This document shows positions 1 to 12,769 of a stretch of 64,000 bases of DNA, in pieces. Position numbers and translations under genes: made by a program. The DNA comes from Azolla caroliniana (Eukaryota; Plantae; Polypodiophyta): NCBI GenBank assembly GCA_043228905.1, contig JBHGNT010000016.1, positions 3,906,001 to 3,970,000 on the forward strand, given 5' to 3'. Numbering within the stretch: the first letter of the stretch is position 1; each line of letters starts with the position of its first letter. Below the pieces are notes generated by a model. The model made no database searches and was not told where the DNA came from. It saw only the letters and a list, made by a program, of their open reading frames with translations.

Positions 1-75
1 TTGGTAAATTTGAAACTTCCAGGGGCATTCTAGTAAATAGACGAACTTCCAGGGGTATCCTGGTACTTTTCACCT
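1..75. mobile_element. Probable terminus of a DNA transposon/MITE (Mutator-like end) interrupting the copia RT
   Basis: On the minus strand the copia RT reads ...LPCKWVYK and then switches to GGTGAAAAGTACCAGGATACCCCTGGAAGTT. The motif AACTTCCAGGGG occurs twice. The rest of the element is outside the window. Confidence 0.45.
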
Positions 76-3000
76 TTTATAAACCCATTTGCATGGAAGT
101 GTTTTCTGCCCTTTAGGCAACTACACCAAATCCCCCAAGTGTCATTTTTCTCAAGAGATTCCATCTCTGACTACATGGCTTTATACCATTTCTTGTTGTC
201 CTGTCTGTCCATTGCTTCCCTGAAGCAAGACGGTTCGCCACAATCAGTCACCATGACATAATCAGCCACACTGTTTGCATCAGGAACAAATCTGTCAGGC
301 TGTCTAGTAACTCTAGACGATCTCCTAACCCAATGCTCATTGTTTGGTAGCTGTTGAGCCTGCAAATTATCATTTTCAATTTGCAGTCCAGGCATTTCAG
401 CCTGCAAATCAGCATCAACAGCTTGCTGTTCTAGCTGTTCCTGCATATTTGGTGGCTCATCATTATTGGCAAAGGCTGGCTGATCATTTCCAACCTCATT
501 TTTTGCATTTGCAGGTAAGTTTACAGCAGGTGTTTGCTGCTGTACAGTGGGCACATTTTTCTGTCTAAAAGGTATTTCTTCTCAGAATACAACCCTTTGT
601 ACTTCCTTGGTCTTTTCGGGTTGTTTATGCATGCGATTTTCCCAGAAGATAACATCACTGCTGCGTACTATTTTTCTTCTCTCGGGATCCCACAATCTAT
701 ACCCCATTTCACCCTCGTCACTGTATCCTAGGAAAATACATTTGCAGGACTTTGGCTCAAGTTTGTTGCGTTCTTCTTTACGAATGTGCACAAAAGCCTC
801 ACAGCCAAACGCTCTCAAGTGAGCAATAGGAAGGTGGCTTGCCCGACCACGCTTCTTGGGGTATTCCCCCTCCCAAAGACCTGTTAGGTGACCGATTAAT
901 CAAGTGAACAGCTGTCATAACAGCCTCTGCCCAAAAACCATGGGGTAACGCAGCATGAGACAGGATAGTACAGACCTTATCTTGAATAGTCTGATTCATA
1001 CGCTCTGCAACTCCATTTTGGGGTGGATTATAAGAGGCAGTGAGTTCCCTCTTTATCCCTTTGCTGTCACAAAATGCTTGAAAAGCCTTGGACACATATT
1101 CCCCACCACTGTTAGAGCGAAGACACTTAAGTGTCTTATCAATTTGATTCTCAACTAATGCCAAAAATGTTCGAAACTTGTCAAGCACTTCATCCTTGCT
1201 ACGAATAGGGTAAACCCATACCTTCCGTGTAGCATCATCGACAAAAGTGACTAAGTATTTCTTTCCCCCTAATGATAGCCCTGGCATCTGACATACATCT
1301 GAATGTACTAACTCAAGCGGGGACGACTTCAGCGAAAGAGACTTTTTATGAGATGTTTGTACATGTTTACCATAAATGCAATGATCACAATGTTCAAAAT
1401 CAGCATAACGAAGACATGGCAAGTAACCCAAACGAGACAATACTTTCATACCAGTTTCACGCATGTCCCAACCGGCCATGCCACAAAGAAACACTAGGCT
1501 GCTCGGTTATGGCAACAACATGATCACTCACACTAGATATATGGAGAGGATACAAAGTATCACTTTTACTACCCTTGGCAATAACTCTAGATCCCTTACA
1601 AATCTTCCATTTACCATCACCAGAGGTGGTGTGAAATCCATCGTCATCTAGCTGTCCTGTGCTAATCAAGCTCTTCTTGAGCTGAGGTACATGCCGTACA
1701 TGCTGAAGTGTGAAAGCAGAACCATGCTGAAACTGTAATTGCACAATGCCAATACCTGCAATTTCACATGCATAGTTGTCCCCAAGATGGACAACACCAT
1801 GTCGACCCCCTGTGTAATCTGAAAACCACTCACAATGAGGGTTGACGTGAAAAGAAGCACCGGAATCGAGTATCCAAGTGTGCATGTCACCATCCATATC
1901 TGCAAGTAAAGCATGTTCTCTATGGCATGATGAAACAAAGAGTACATTTCCACTATCACTATCATGAGTGACTACATTCACCTCTTCAATTTTAGTATTG
2001 CCTTTCCTCGGTTGAATGTCTCTCTTTTCTTCTATGAAATCATCTATCTTCTTGCCCTTTCCTTTCTCTTTCTTCCATTTGAAACAATCACGTTTAAAAT
2101 GACCCTTTTTGCCACAGTGATGGCATTCTACATCTTTACCACGTGATTTACTACGGCCATAACTATCAGATTTGCCTCTTTGTTGTGACCTACCCCTCAT
2201 ATGCAACGCACTAGAGGACTTATTGGATGCATTGTTTTGCCGACTCGTCTCTTCCATGAGTAGAGAACTCTCTACATCGGCATAAAGAAGCATCGCATTT
2301 GAATTGCTCATAGCAGTCCTGAAAGTATCCCAACTTTCTAGCAAAGTGCAAAGTAAAAACGTGGCCTTAAACTCATCATCAATGATGAATTTCAAGGCAA
2401 CCTGCTGGCTGAAATTGGAATTGAACTCACTCAGGTGAGTTGACATGGGTGTGCCCTCTGTCATACGCAAACCTTCGATATTAAAAAGCAAGGCATAAGA
2501 GATTGAAAACTCAATAGTCGAGTGTGCAAGCTCGTTCAACTCTTGCCAATCATCTTGGTCCATATCTGTAGGCTTTACCCCTTTCACTTTTATAGGCTTT
2601 GCATGCTTCTTTTGCAATAGGATGTTGTAGCATTGCTTTTTCCATACCGCAAAGTTATGTGCACCCTCAAGCTTCTTGATGTGCATAAGGTGGCTACTAT
2701 CACTACTACTAGTCATGATTTCTTAGCCCAAACGAAGGACCAAACCTGCTCTTCAGAAAAAAAAGAGGCTTACTCTACAGAAAGACGTGACTTGCCTGCA
2801 GAGAACGTGACCTACTTTGCAGAAAAAGACTTGCTCTGCAGAAAACCCTAAACTTTTCTCTACATAAAACCCTAAACCCTGCTCTGATACCAGTTTGAAG
2901 GCAGCACAAGGATTAGGGTTTAAGTCAAAAACAAAGAGGGAGAGAGTCTAAGTGAGAGACAAAGGGAGAGAGAGAGATGCACGATGTCTTAGGTACAAAG

Positions 3001-3197
3001 AGTGTACCTCTTTTTTGGTTTTTAGATATTATGTATATACAAGTCAAAAGTGTGTTACGAGTGCGTTCACACTCGTGCACTAATAAAAGGCACGATGGCC
3101 CTTTATTCCCAACACTACATTTACATGGATGGCAGTATAGGGAGATATATGTCACGTGGAGATGGACAAAGAGAGGTGATACACCAAGTATGCTTCA
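76..3197 (-). mobile_element. Ty1/copia LTR retrotransposon, degenerate (5' LTR, PBS, gag-PR-INT, start of RT)
   Basis: ORFs 1457-2716 (gag, zinc knuckle CHHCGKKGHFKRDC, protease WILDSGAS), 799-1494 (integrase LVHSDVC, QNGVAER), 582-818 (SH3-like CIFLGY) and 171-554 (EPSCFREAM). There are frameshifts between ORFs. PBS at 2881-2892. Confidence 0.95.
2896..3197 (-). repeat. 5' LTR of the copia element
   Basis: Bounded by the TGAAG...CTTCA inverted termini and lies 3 nt from the tRNA-iMet PBS (TGGTATCAGAGC on minus, 2881-2892). Confidence 0.8.
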
Positions 3198-5541
3198 AAT
3201 GCAAACTTCTTTTAGTGGTCTATTTTTGTAGAACTGAATCTAGAGGAAAACTTTAAGCTCATAAAAAATCCAAAATACCATGAAAACTATTTCATTGAAA
3301 AGCGTGTATGAAAACATTACGATTTCAAAACATTTCTAGCATCATTAGTTCCTGCTATAATGTTTTCACAGGCTTCAATTTCTCAGCTCCCCTTTTGCAG
3401 GTGAATGTGGCTTGGAGATAAGGGCCTTAGGTAAAGATTTTCCCTATAAGACATTATGACAAACCCAGGCAATTAAAATACCAAGAAACACGGATTACTG
3501 TACGATTGAGATTGTGGGAGTTTGAATTGTACAAGCTCACCAAAAAATATATGATCAACCACTCAAATCATAACAGGGTCTATGCTCCTAATATCTATTT
3601 TCTGTATTGAATCTTAATTTGCTAACACATTTGAGAACCAAACTCAAATTTACTTAATTACGTGAAAGGTCAGTGGATTACAACAGAAACTGTCATATGT
3701 TCCAAGTGGACCCTTTTTAAACCCCACTTTTTTTATTGATGCTTAATTTGTGGGCATCTCATATCCAATTTAAATACACACGCAAAATTCAATGGCCCCA
3801 CAAACGTATCATAAACACTCATTCACATTCATGGATTGTACCAAATACAAGTTTATTAGCATGTCAGAAGACAATATGCACACGACATATAGTAATGGAA
3901 CATGATATTAAGGTATGACGGCTTTTGACAAAATTCCTAAATTTCATAAGACGCTATTAATCTAGGATTGTTCTTTTTGAGTTATCTATATGGAGCATTG
4001 GCAATAATTTGGAGGCCTGCATTTTCTCCGTTCTCATCTATGGATGATATTGGCTGATTTTAGAAAACAATAAGACATGAATAATATGTTTGCTCATTAG
4101 CCATAAGAAGAAAAATTAAGAATTGTTTCCAAGTCAAAGGACTTTGCAGATTGCGTCTACAGTCATCCTGAATTTCCGACTCTAAAATTTAAATTGTTGA
4201 AGTTAACATAAACATTGAACAACATGAAACCACCAATGAATTCAAGGCAGTAAAGAAAAGTGTAATGCTAATTCTTCTGTCGTAACTCAATAATTTTGAC
4301 TGTGACTTATTTATGATATCTTATTTACTACTTCAAAACTCTGATTTCCCAAAAAAGGATGTAAACTTCACTAATTCCTCTTCAAAACAATGAATGCATC
4401 ATAGTGACCGCTAATCAGCCTAGAAAGTATACTAATTTGTATCTTCTTACTCACATCTTAAGCAGCTTCGGATGACAAGTGGAATGTGGGATGCAGATAG
4501 AGAGTGGGTATAATTGAAAACAGTAAATCAAATGAATGAGGGAAAATGGTACAGAAAATTTTCATACAAAGAACACATAAATATTCAAGCACAGAACGTT
4601 TCTGATAATTTTATTACCTTCCTTTTGAATTGTGAAAATGCCTGATAAAAATAAAATGAATTAGACTAAACCCTAAAATCCCTATTTGCCAAGGAAACAA
4701 CCGGTCTAATAATAATTGCTGAGTCAAAATGGAACACAAAAAAAAATTCAGAACTAGTACATTTGCAAATATGCAAAGACTAATAAACCTTTTCAAACGG
4801 CAATAGCAACGTGAACCCCACTTCTTTACAAAAAGCTACAGCAACTCTCCTCCATAAGATGAGCCAGAAATGTCTTGAAGCCTCTCCTCTCTATAGGATA
4901 TATAAATTTATGTGTGCGGGCTAATAGGAAAGTTCAGGATGCAACTCTCCCTAAGATTGGTTTCTTTTGAGATGATTGCTGCAACAGCCTTAATTGTTTT
5001 ACAACAGTCTTCTAGCTGCAACGCTCATATGAAATCTTCATTTCCAGCGTTTCGTCACCCTCTACTTTGATATCAGACACCTCTCTTTAGCAGAAATTCG
5101 CATGACAACAAGATTGTACACAACGGATATATTTTAGGTTTTCCATAGGATATACATGAGGGTGGGCCCTTATTATTTTATAAGGGAGGGAGCTGTAAGG
5201 AGGGAGATTATATTTTCTTCAGCGCACACAGATGTAATGCATTTCAGATAGGAAATGGTGTAACACAAGTCTATGATACACCTCTTCCCAAGCATCATTC
5301 ACATTCTCAAAATTTCAATATGTAATGTTTCATTGCAAGGAGCATGTAATTTCTTACAGATCCAATTTTAAAATTGATACTATATTTTAGTGAAGGGTCT
5401 ACGTTTTCACCCTTGGTTAAATTTCATAGAAGCATATTTCGATAGTTATGTATTAGAACGAAATCTCAGACAGCATGCCTAACCAACTTATCATCCATTT
5501 GACAACTTAAAAAGGAATTGTGTCAAAAGAAGATAACATAC

Positions 5542-6951
5542 CTTTGTGAGCCTCGGGTTCAAAGAAACAACATGCTCTAGAGCCTCTTCAGTGACTCGGG
5601 TGCATTCAACCAAAGTAAGGCTCTGAAGTTGACCTCTTGACCTTGATGACAGCTCACGAAAAACCTCATCTGTAAAATTCTTACTCGTGGGTGGCTCAAT
5701 ATGCAACTGTTGCCACAAGAGAACATCACTCCTGACTGAATCTCTCATAGTTCTACTAACTCTTTCCATTGTTAAAAGGTCATGGAGAGTCATATATGAC
5801 AGTGCATATAGCAATGCCTCGTGCATCATTACCTCAGGTTTCCTTGCACCTGGATTATTTTCATCTCTTGCATTATTATGAAAACTAGCTTCAATTTTAT
5901 TTGTATCTGGCAAAGATGATCCTGCATCAAAACTGAAATCAGTGTCACTAGCTATTGGATAAACCACGTCTCCAACACTTGTTGAACACCCTCCACCGCC
6001 CTCTCGACCAAAACTGTACCTACTGGCTACAGGACTCTGACTTCCAAACATCAGATACCTATCAATATCAACAAGTGGCTCAAGTCTATTATCATGACTG
6101 CTATCTATTACTGAAAAGTTTGCTCTTCCAAATTCCTGATATATACATGTATTTCCGATGTCATTCATATTTTCACTGTATTGATGGTCCTGAAAAGGTG
6201 ACATGACATTCGTTGAAAATGCCCTATGAATAGATACTTTGTCCTGTGTGTCCCATGAGTTGCAATTTGCCATTTCTTCATCGACTAAGTCATTGCAAAA
6301 CGCTGCATTATGGTCAACATTTTGGCTATCTGGGTGCTCGTCCACAAATTTGTTCCATGCTATATCATAATCATTCCACTGCAATGCGTCCTCTTGTATT
6401 GGCATGGGAGTGACCACATTTACGGAATTGCTTGCTATATCTGTAGTATCATTGAGCCAGATCCAGTCCCTCGGCCTATCATCTTTGTTGTTGCTTGAAT
6501 TCTCAAACCTGTCCTTCACTATTTGTTCAGACAAGTCTGACTCCACAGCACACCAATCCCGGAACAATGCCGCAACTGCGGTTAGAGTTGAAACAATATC
6601 TATGTCATGTTCTTCTTTGATCACACAGTCACCCCTTCCATTGTTGGTATCTAACCAGTGGTTAGGTTTATCATTGCAGATAAGCTCTTGGAATGCAATC
6701 TCTTTGGATATCCAGTCTACTTCTGAGTGTTCACTAATGCAAGGCTCTGGATGGCTACAAAAATTCATGGTAGTGCTGTTGAAACTACTAGGCAAAAACT
6801 CATCTTCACAAAAAACACCATTGATCCAGATTTCTCCTTGCCTCACAGTATTCCATCTTACTTTTCCGCAGCAACCCTTGACACCAACACCCCCGAACTC
6901 ATAATCACCCTCATTAGTGTTATGTGTGTGGGAACTGATCTGGGAGGTCAT
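5542..6951 (-). CDS. SKIP14: F-box protein SKIP14/SKIP28-like, large first coding exon
   Basis: The ORF C-terminus HEALLYALSYMTLHDLLTMERV...LLWQQLHIEPP...LQSLTLVECTRVTEEALEHVVSLNPRLTK resembles the SKIP14 F-box plus LRR-like segment. Donor AAG|GTATGT at 5541. Downstream exons were not found in the window. Confidence 0.85.
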
Positions 6952-7289
6952 ACTTATTTTACACTACTTGGAAAGGTTCTGTCCAATTCTGAACAAACTG
7001 TTCAATATTATTTGTATCTCCTTGATATGTGTATACTGAGCTGGAAAACAATAATACAACCTTGTACTATGTGTATACTGAGCTGGAAAATCCTTGCAAA
7101 GATTCTAATATCAAATCTGGAAAACCTGCTTATGGTATGGAATTTAAATTTTGTATAGCCTTAGGTCCTTGATATCACTATAATGGTCATCCAACAGCAA
7201 AGTCGTGCAACTATGGGTGTTCCAGTTCCCGTGGATTATTATAAGCAGCTAAGTATAGTCAATTTATTTACCAAATCTTCAATTTTCTG

Positions 7290-7680
7290 GGTTTTTTCTG
7301 TAGATCCACAAAAGTAACAAGCATGCCAGCAACTTCAGATCTCCGAACAAATGTTTAGATTATCTACTCTCCACTTTTTCGATTATCTATATTTTGTCCG
7401 TAAATCCACAGAAGCAGCAGGTGTGCCAGTATCTTCAGCCCTTGAAACAAGTTACTAGATTACCAAACCATAGCCTTTTTCTTTTGGGATTTCCTGTATA
7501 TGTAGATTCACAGAAGTGACAGGTATAGGAAAGCAGATTCGGGCCTCAAAACAGGTAATTATCTTAGCAGATCTTCAATTTCTTTAATACTGGAGCGATA
7601 GATTCACTGAAGTAACAAGTATATTGATACCACCGGTCTTCAAAACACACAATTGGATCTTCAAATCCTCTCTTTTTTTG
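7290..7680. repeat. Degenerate ~100-bp tandem repeat, 4 copies, in the F-box 5'UTR intron
   Basis: The motif TA(G/A)AT(C/T)CAC(A/T)(G/A)AAG recurs at about 7301, 7401, 7503 and 7599 with similar downstream sequence. Confidence 0.6.
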
Positions 7681-8259
7681 GGGAGATTTTCTGTATTTTC
7701 TGATTTTTTTGGGGGAGTATTGAAGATGAAAAGGAAAAAAAGGAAAAAACGAAAACAGAAATTGCAAGGTAAAAGGGAGTTACAATGGATCAGGTGATGG
7801 GCACCAAAAAAAGATATAATTCTCATAAAATGCATATGGTGGCCACATCTGACCTGGAACCAAATGACTCCCTTTTCTCTGCGGGAACAAAAGGAAGTTC
7901 AACCAGAATCCTCAAAATTTTAAACCAACCGGCGTGGGCTGATTGGGAGAAAGAAAAAGAAAACCCTACAAATTCTGCAGAGCACAAATACTCACACAGA
8001 TTCTACAAAAAAGACACGATAATGGATAGAAGAGCAGGTGCACCAGGTTTTTAATAAGAACACAAAAATTGAGATACAATTCTAATGGATCATGTAAAAA
8101 AAAACTGCGAGACGATTTGAAACAGAAAAACGACGAAGGAGAAAGAGAAAAGTAACCCTAAAACATCAGATTCGAGACACAGAAAAAAGAAGGCACACAC
8201 AAAAAAAAAAAGAAAAAAAAAAGAAGCGAGAAGGAGATAATAAACTCGAAAGGAAAAAC

Positions 8260-8357
8260 CTGCAAAATAATGGCGAAACGGTGGCGATCGAGGGGCGGAC
8301 GGGAGCGAAACGAATTTGCAGAGAGACGAGACACGCAGAGAATGAGAGGAAGAGAAA

Positions 8358-8397
<40 letters not shown>

Positions 8398-8400
8398 AGA
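8260..8400 (-). other. Putative non-coding first exon/5'UTR of the F-box gene with (CT)n tract
   Basis: Donor-like GCAG|GTTTTT near 8259, (AG)n microsatellite about 8362-8390, and an acceptor TTCCAG near 7041 upstream of the ATG at 6951. Confidence 0.55.
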
Positions 8401-11092
8401 GACGAAACGAAGCATGGAAAGCTCCTTATTAATGCGTGTTGTCCCCGTTTCGGCACGTTTCCTTCCAGCTTCATCCCGTTTCGTACCGTTTCCTTTCCCG
8501 ACTTTGAGATCCGTTTCGTGCCCAACTACATTTGGGTTCTCGTATCATATCGCGTTTCCGGTTTAGAATGATTTGATTGGAGGTTCGCATTGTCTTTGTC
8601 CGTTTCATCCAATTTTATCTCAGGTTTCCGAATGCTTCGGATTGGGATCGATCGAGTCTAGAATGAGCGATTGATTTGGATTCCATTTCACTTCGTCTTG
8701 TTTTGGGTTCGGAATGGTTTGGCCTAGTTGCGGTTTAGAATGACTGATTGATTGATTGATTGATTGGGGTTTGGGTTCATTTTGTCTGTTTCATGCCATT
8801 TTCCTTTGGTTTTGGTCGTTTCGCTTAGTCGGCTAGCTTGCTTGCATGCCTTGGTCATTGTACGGTGTACCACCACCTTCTTCTCTGTGCCTGAATTTGT
8901 TTATTTCCTTGATGAGATCAAGGTTATCTCCGACACAAGTTAAATCAATTATTTTGTCTTGGTCTCATCTCTTCCTTTTGTGCAATGACGGCTTCTTACG
9001 AGGGAAAGCTCTCTCTCTCTCTCATACATGACATGGTTCTCATCATGAACATGGAAGAGAAACAAAAGTTGGGCATATCTAGATTCCCCACAATCTACAT
9101 TGATCTCCGATAACCCCCACATGTGTTGGCTTTGCCACCTTGTCATTGAATTGTTGTGCATAGGGATGCTTCTTAAGAGATGTAACCTAAATTGGAATAG
9201 GTTGCATGCCTGTTTGTGAAGGGAATGCAAATGAAGCCAACCAAAATTGTATAAATACATCGGCAATCTTTTGTTAGCTTCAAGTAATCAAGCTATGGAA
9301 TCAAAAGCAAGCCTTGGGCTTACATTGAGCCTTTCATAGAAATTAGGAGATTCTAATCATTGTAAAATTAACAAACTAAGCTGACCACATTTACCAAACA
9401 CCAAAGTTGTGCACAATTTCCCAATATTTACTCGACACGTTGACACCCTTGTCTAAACACTCATTCCTAATATATTAGTTTGTGCATGTCAGCCACTAAT
9501 GATGCTTGCAAAAACCAATACTTCTATGTAACTCTAAAATAAGAAACTTTACCAAAATAGTTCATAATTTTCCAATGAACAATCATGAATTCGCAGTTTG
9601 ACCTTGGTCAACAAGAAGAGAGTGGTTGAACTTGATGTAATACTTAAATTAGTTATTAGGGCTCGAAACTTGATGTATTGAAGGAACCATAGTCATAGAG
9701 CCAAGGTTGGTCCTTCATTTCACACCATTGAGTTTCTGAATGCATGATCATGTAGTGCTATCATATCATACATCCACACTTTGCTTTATATAACCTAAGC
9801 TTTCTACGTTTTATCTTCACATATTCTACGTGCAATACTCTATTTTCCACATGATAATTAACATTATATAAGAGCCAAAGAAATTAAGCATTTACAATAG
9901 TTTGGAGGAGGCTATTTGAGTAGTGGTGACAACAATTAATAGAAATATTGTGAGTGCTAGATCAAGCATCAAACATGGCATTGACACAACTGCAAGTAGT
10001 AGAGGAAGTGGACTCAATAGAACATTAAGGTCATGAACTACATGTAGAGTGGACCAACCTGGGTACACCTTCCTAGGTGTGATTTGTTAAGGGTCAAATC
10101 ATTAGGATAATAACGTAGAGGGGAAGTTCAAATGTCACTTCAAACATAGGATTTTGTTGAGGGTTAGTTTGAAATGGTTTATGACCCTTTCATAAGAACA
10201 TATTATGTGTCTTTTCAAAATGTTTATGGCTTGCCAAATATCAATATTTCAGCTTTTATTCTAAATATATTGTTTTCTTTATCTACAATTTGAACAAGTC
10301 AAAACGTTTAGACTCTTGAGTGACATGTCTGCTTATATTTGTGCTAGAGGATTTGTTGTGTCTCTAAGTATCTATTATGTCTACAACATCACTAGTTATG
10401 CTTTAGTTTCTTGATTTTCTCCGCTTGAAATGACTTAGAAAAGTTTTGGATTGTCTCAACATCATTCAATTTTGGAATAGAATAGGTTAGTACAAGTTTG
10501 AAGAACAATTAAGAATGAAATACTTAAATTTAAGAAAGGTATTTGAGAGAACAATAAATTTCTTGAGTGATATTAAGAGCATATCTAGGAATGATAAATG
10601 TATGAGTAAAGGCGAAGAAAATTGCCGTTACACTAGGGTGAACGATAAAGTTGATATGCTATGCTCATAGAAGTAGAATTGCGAGATTATGGCTAGAACA
10701 TCTTATGAGAATAAGGGAATCAAATTATCATATGATTTGGCAAACACGAAGAAGGCAACTGAGAAACTTGGAAACATGGACAAATTCAAGAATACAAAGA
10801 GACAATTGTTTTCACACAACACTAAAAAAATATGTAATGGAAATGCATAGAAAACTAAAAAAGTAATCATGCAAGAAGAAGCTTATGGTTGCCAACAAAC
10901 ACACCACAAAGTATCAATGGATCAACCCATGGAGGTTGCAACTTGCACTACCAATATGTCTTACTCATACAAATATGAATTAGTACTCCCTAATTATAGG
11001 AAAATAACAAAAACAAAATATTCACATAGCAAGTTCCAAAGTTAAATATAGAGTTAATGAAATTTCTCAACAATTAATTAATATTTAGAAAA

Positions 11093-11653
11093 TGTGGTGC
11101 TATTGGTTTGTCCCAACTAGGACACAGTCCCAAATTTGACTAGGAGCCCAGTCCCAATCCCAAAAGAGGCGCCATCGTGGGTTGGGACAACCCAATCCCA
11201 ACGGGTAGTCTCAAAGGACTACCCAATCACTAGCCCAAATGAGGCTCTCTTACCCTATATAAGGAGGAGCTTCTCCTCATTTTTGGGGTAGGACACAGTC
11301 CCAAATTTGATTGGGACTCACCCAGGAGCCCAATCCTAGTCCCAAAAGGGTGCCACTGTGGGTTGGAACAACCTAATCCGAACGGGTAGTCCCAAGGGAC
11401 TACCCAACCACTAGCGCAACGACCATCTCTTGCCCTATATAAGGAGGAGTTGCTCCTCATTTTTGGGATTCCTGATCTCTTAGTTCTACTTATGTACATT
11501 CTAATGTTAAAGCTCTCTTGTCCCTCTACACAGTTTTGGGGAGTTGTCTCAACTCGTCTTGGCCGAGTCCTGACATGTCCCAACTCAAGTTTTGGTTTGT
11601 CCCAATCATGCTTTGTGTGCATTTTGAGACCCCCATACAATAGGGGCGTAACA
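11093..11653 (+). mobile_element. Solo LTR with internal ~175-bp tandem duplication
   Basis: TG...GGGGCGTAACA termini with flanks GAAAA/TAAAA (4/5 TSD). The block TAGGACACAGTCCCAAATTTGA...CCCTATATAAGGAGGAG...CTCCTCATTTTTGGG occurs twice. Confidence 0.7.
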
Positions 11654-12544
11654 TAAAAGATATAATTTTGAATCATCAAATAAAGCATTTATTTGGCTAA
11701 TAGCTAGGAGGGTAACCTTTACATAACTACATTGTTGGATTTAAGGATTTCAAAAGAATTTCCAAACAGAAAGACACCAAGTGATGAGAACTAATAAAGA
11801 CGAGATCAAGTAATGAGATTATTTCCTAGAAGATAACCAAACGTCCAAAATTTGGTCAACTTGTAAACACCAGAAGCAAGGCTCACACATTTTATGTGAA
11901 CGTGCAACTTTATTAATGACTTTATAAGGAAAGACTTTAAATGAACCAAAAAACAAGGGACATGCTCTTAAATGGCTCATAAGATCAAATAAATTGAGTG
12001 TGTCTTAATCTTAGTAAGAGGTATGGTTCCTCACTTACGTATATATGGGTTGGACTATTTTCTACTCTATCGTTAGGGACAACAATATGAATGGCTCAAA
12101 AATGTTCCTAAACTACTAATTATCACATTTATTAGTAAGACAAATACCAACAACCTCTCTCACAATACTTATTTGATTAAGTGACTAATTGCTCTGTCAC
12201 ATGGCTAATCTAAAGACTTAGAAAAACCTAAAGTGGTAAGAAACATTGCCAAGAGAATACCCATGATTAACACAATTGATTACATACGACTTATAAGGAA
12301 ATAACTAATGCTAGTCTCATGTGAGAAGGGGGGGGGAGGGGAGGCATGAAGATAAAAAAAAATTGCTTCTATAATTCTCTTATATTTAAGTGTGCTTGAC
12401 TTCATCCTCTTTCACATTTGAAGGACACGAGACCCTAGTGTTAAGTTGATAACAGTTCAAGCACTGTGTCTTGGGTTCGAAACCCAATTTTCTCACCTCT
12501 CTATTATATACTTCATATATATCGCCTATTTCACTAGATGCCAC

Positions 12545-12622
12545 TGTGGAATGTAAGGGTTGAACCCATGACCACCTGGTCTCCATTGGGCAACCTTACC
12601 AACTGAGCTACATCCAACAAGG
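12545..12622 (-). mobile_element. tRNA-derived SINE head (or tRNA pseudogene)
   Basis: Minus strand reads GGATGTAGCTCAGTTGGTAAGG...CATGGGTTCAACCC, with Pol III A-box and B-box at tRNA spacing but no convincing cloverleaf or anticodon arm. Confidence 0.55.
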
Positions 12623-12769
12623 CTATATATGTTCTCTCTCCCCCATTACATTGTTTCCTCATGGTGATGACAATGTATATGTTAGTGAAATGTATGACAA
12701 GTACTTAACATTTGCGCCCTTGTCTAACGAGTGCACACTCCTAGGTTCTTTGCTTCATGTGTCATCATG

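Noticed and set aside
4135-4185. Minus-strand peptide RMTVDAICKVL as F-box exon 2
   Set aside because: Only faint resemblance to the expected sequence and it stops immediately; probably chance.
12545-12622. Functional tRNA gene
   Set aside because: A and B boxes are present, but the acceptor and anticodon stems do not pair, so it is treated as a SINE head.
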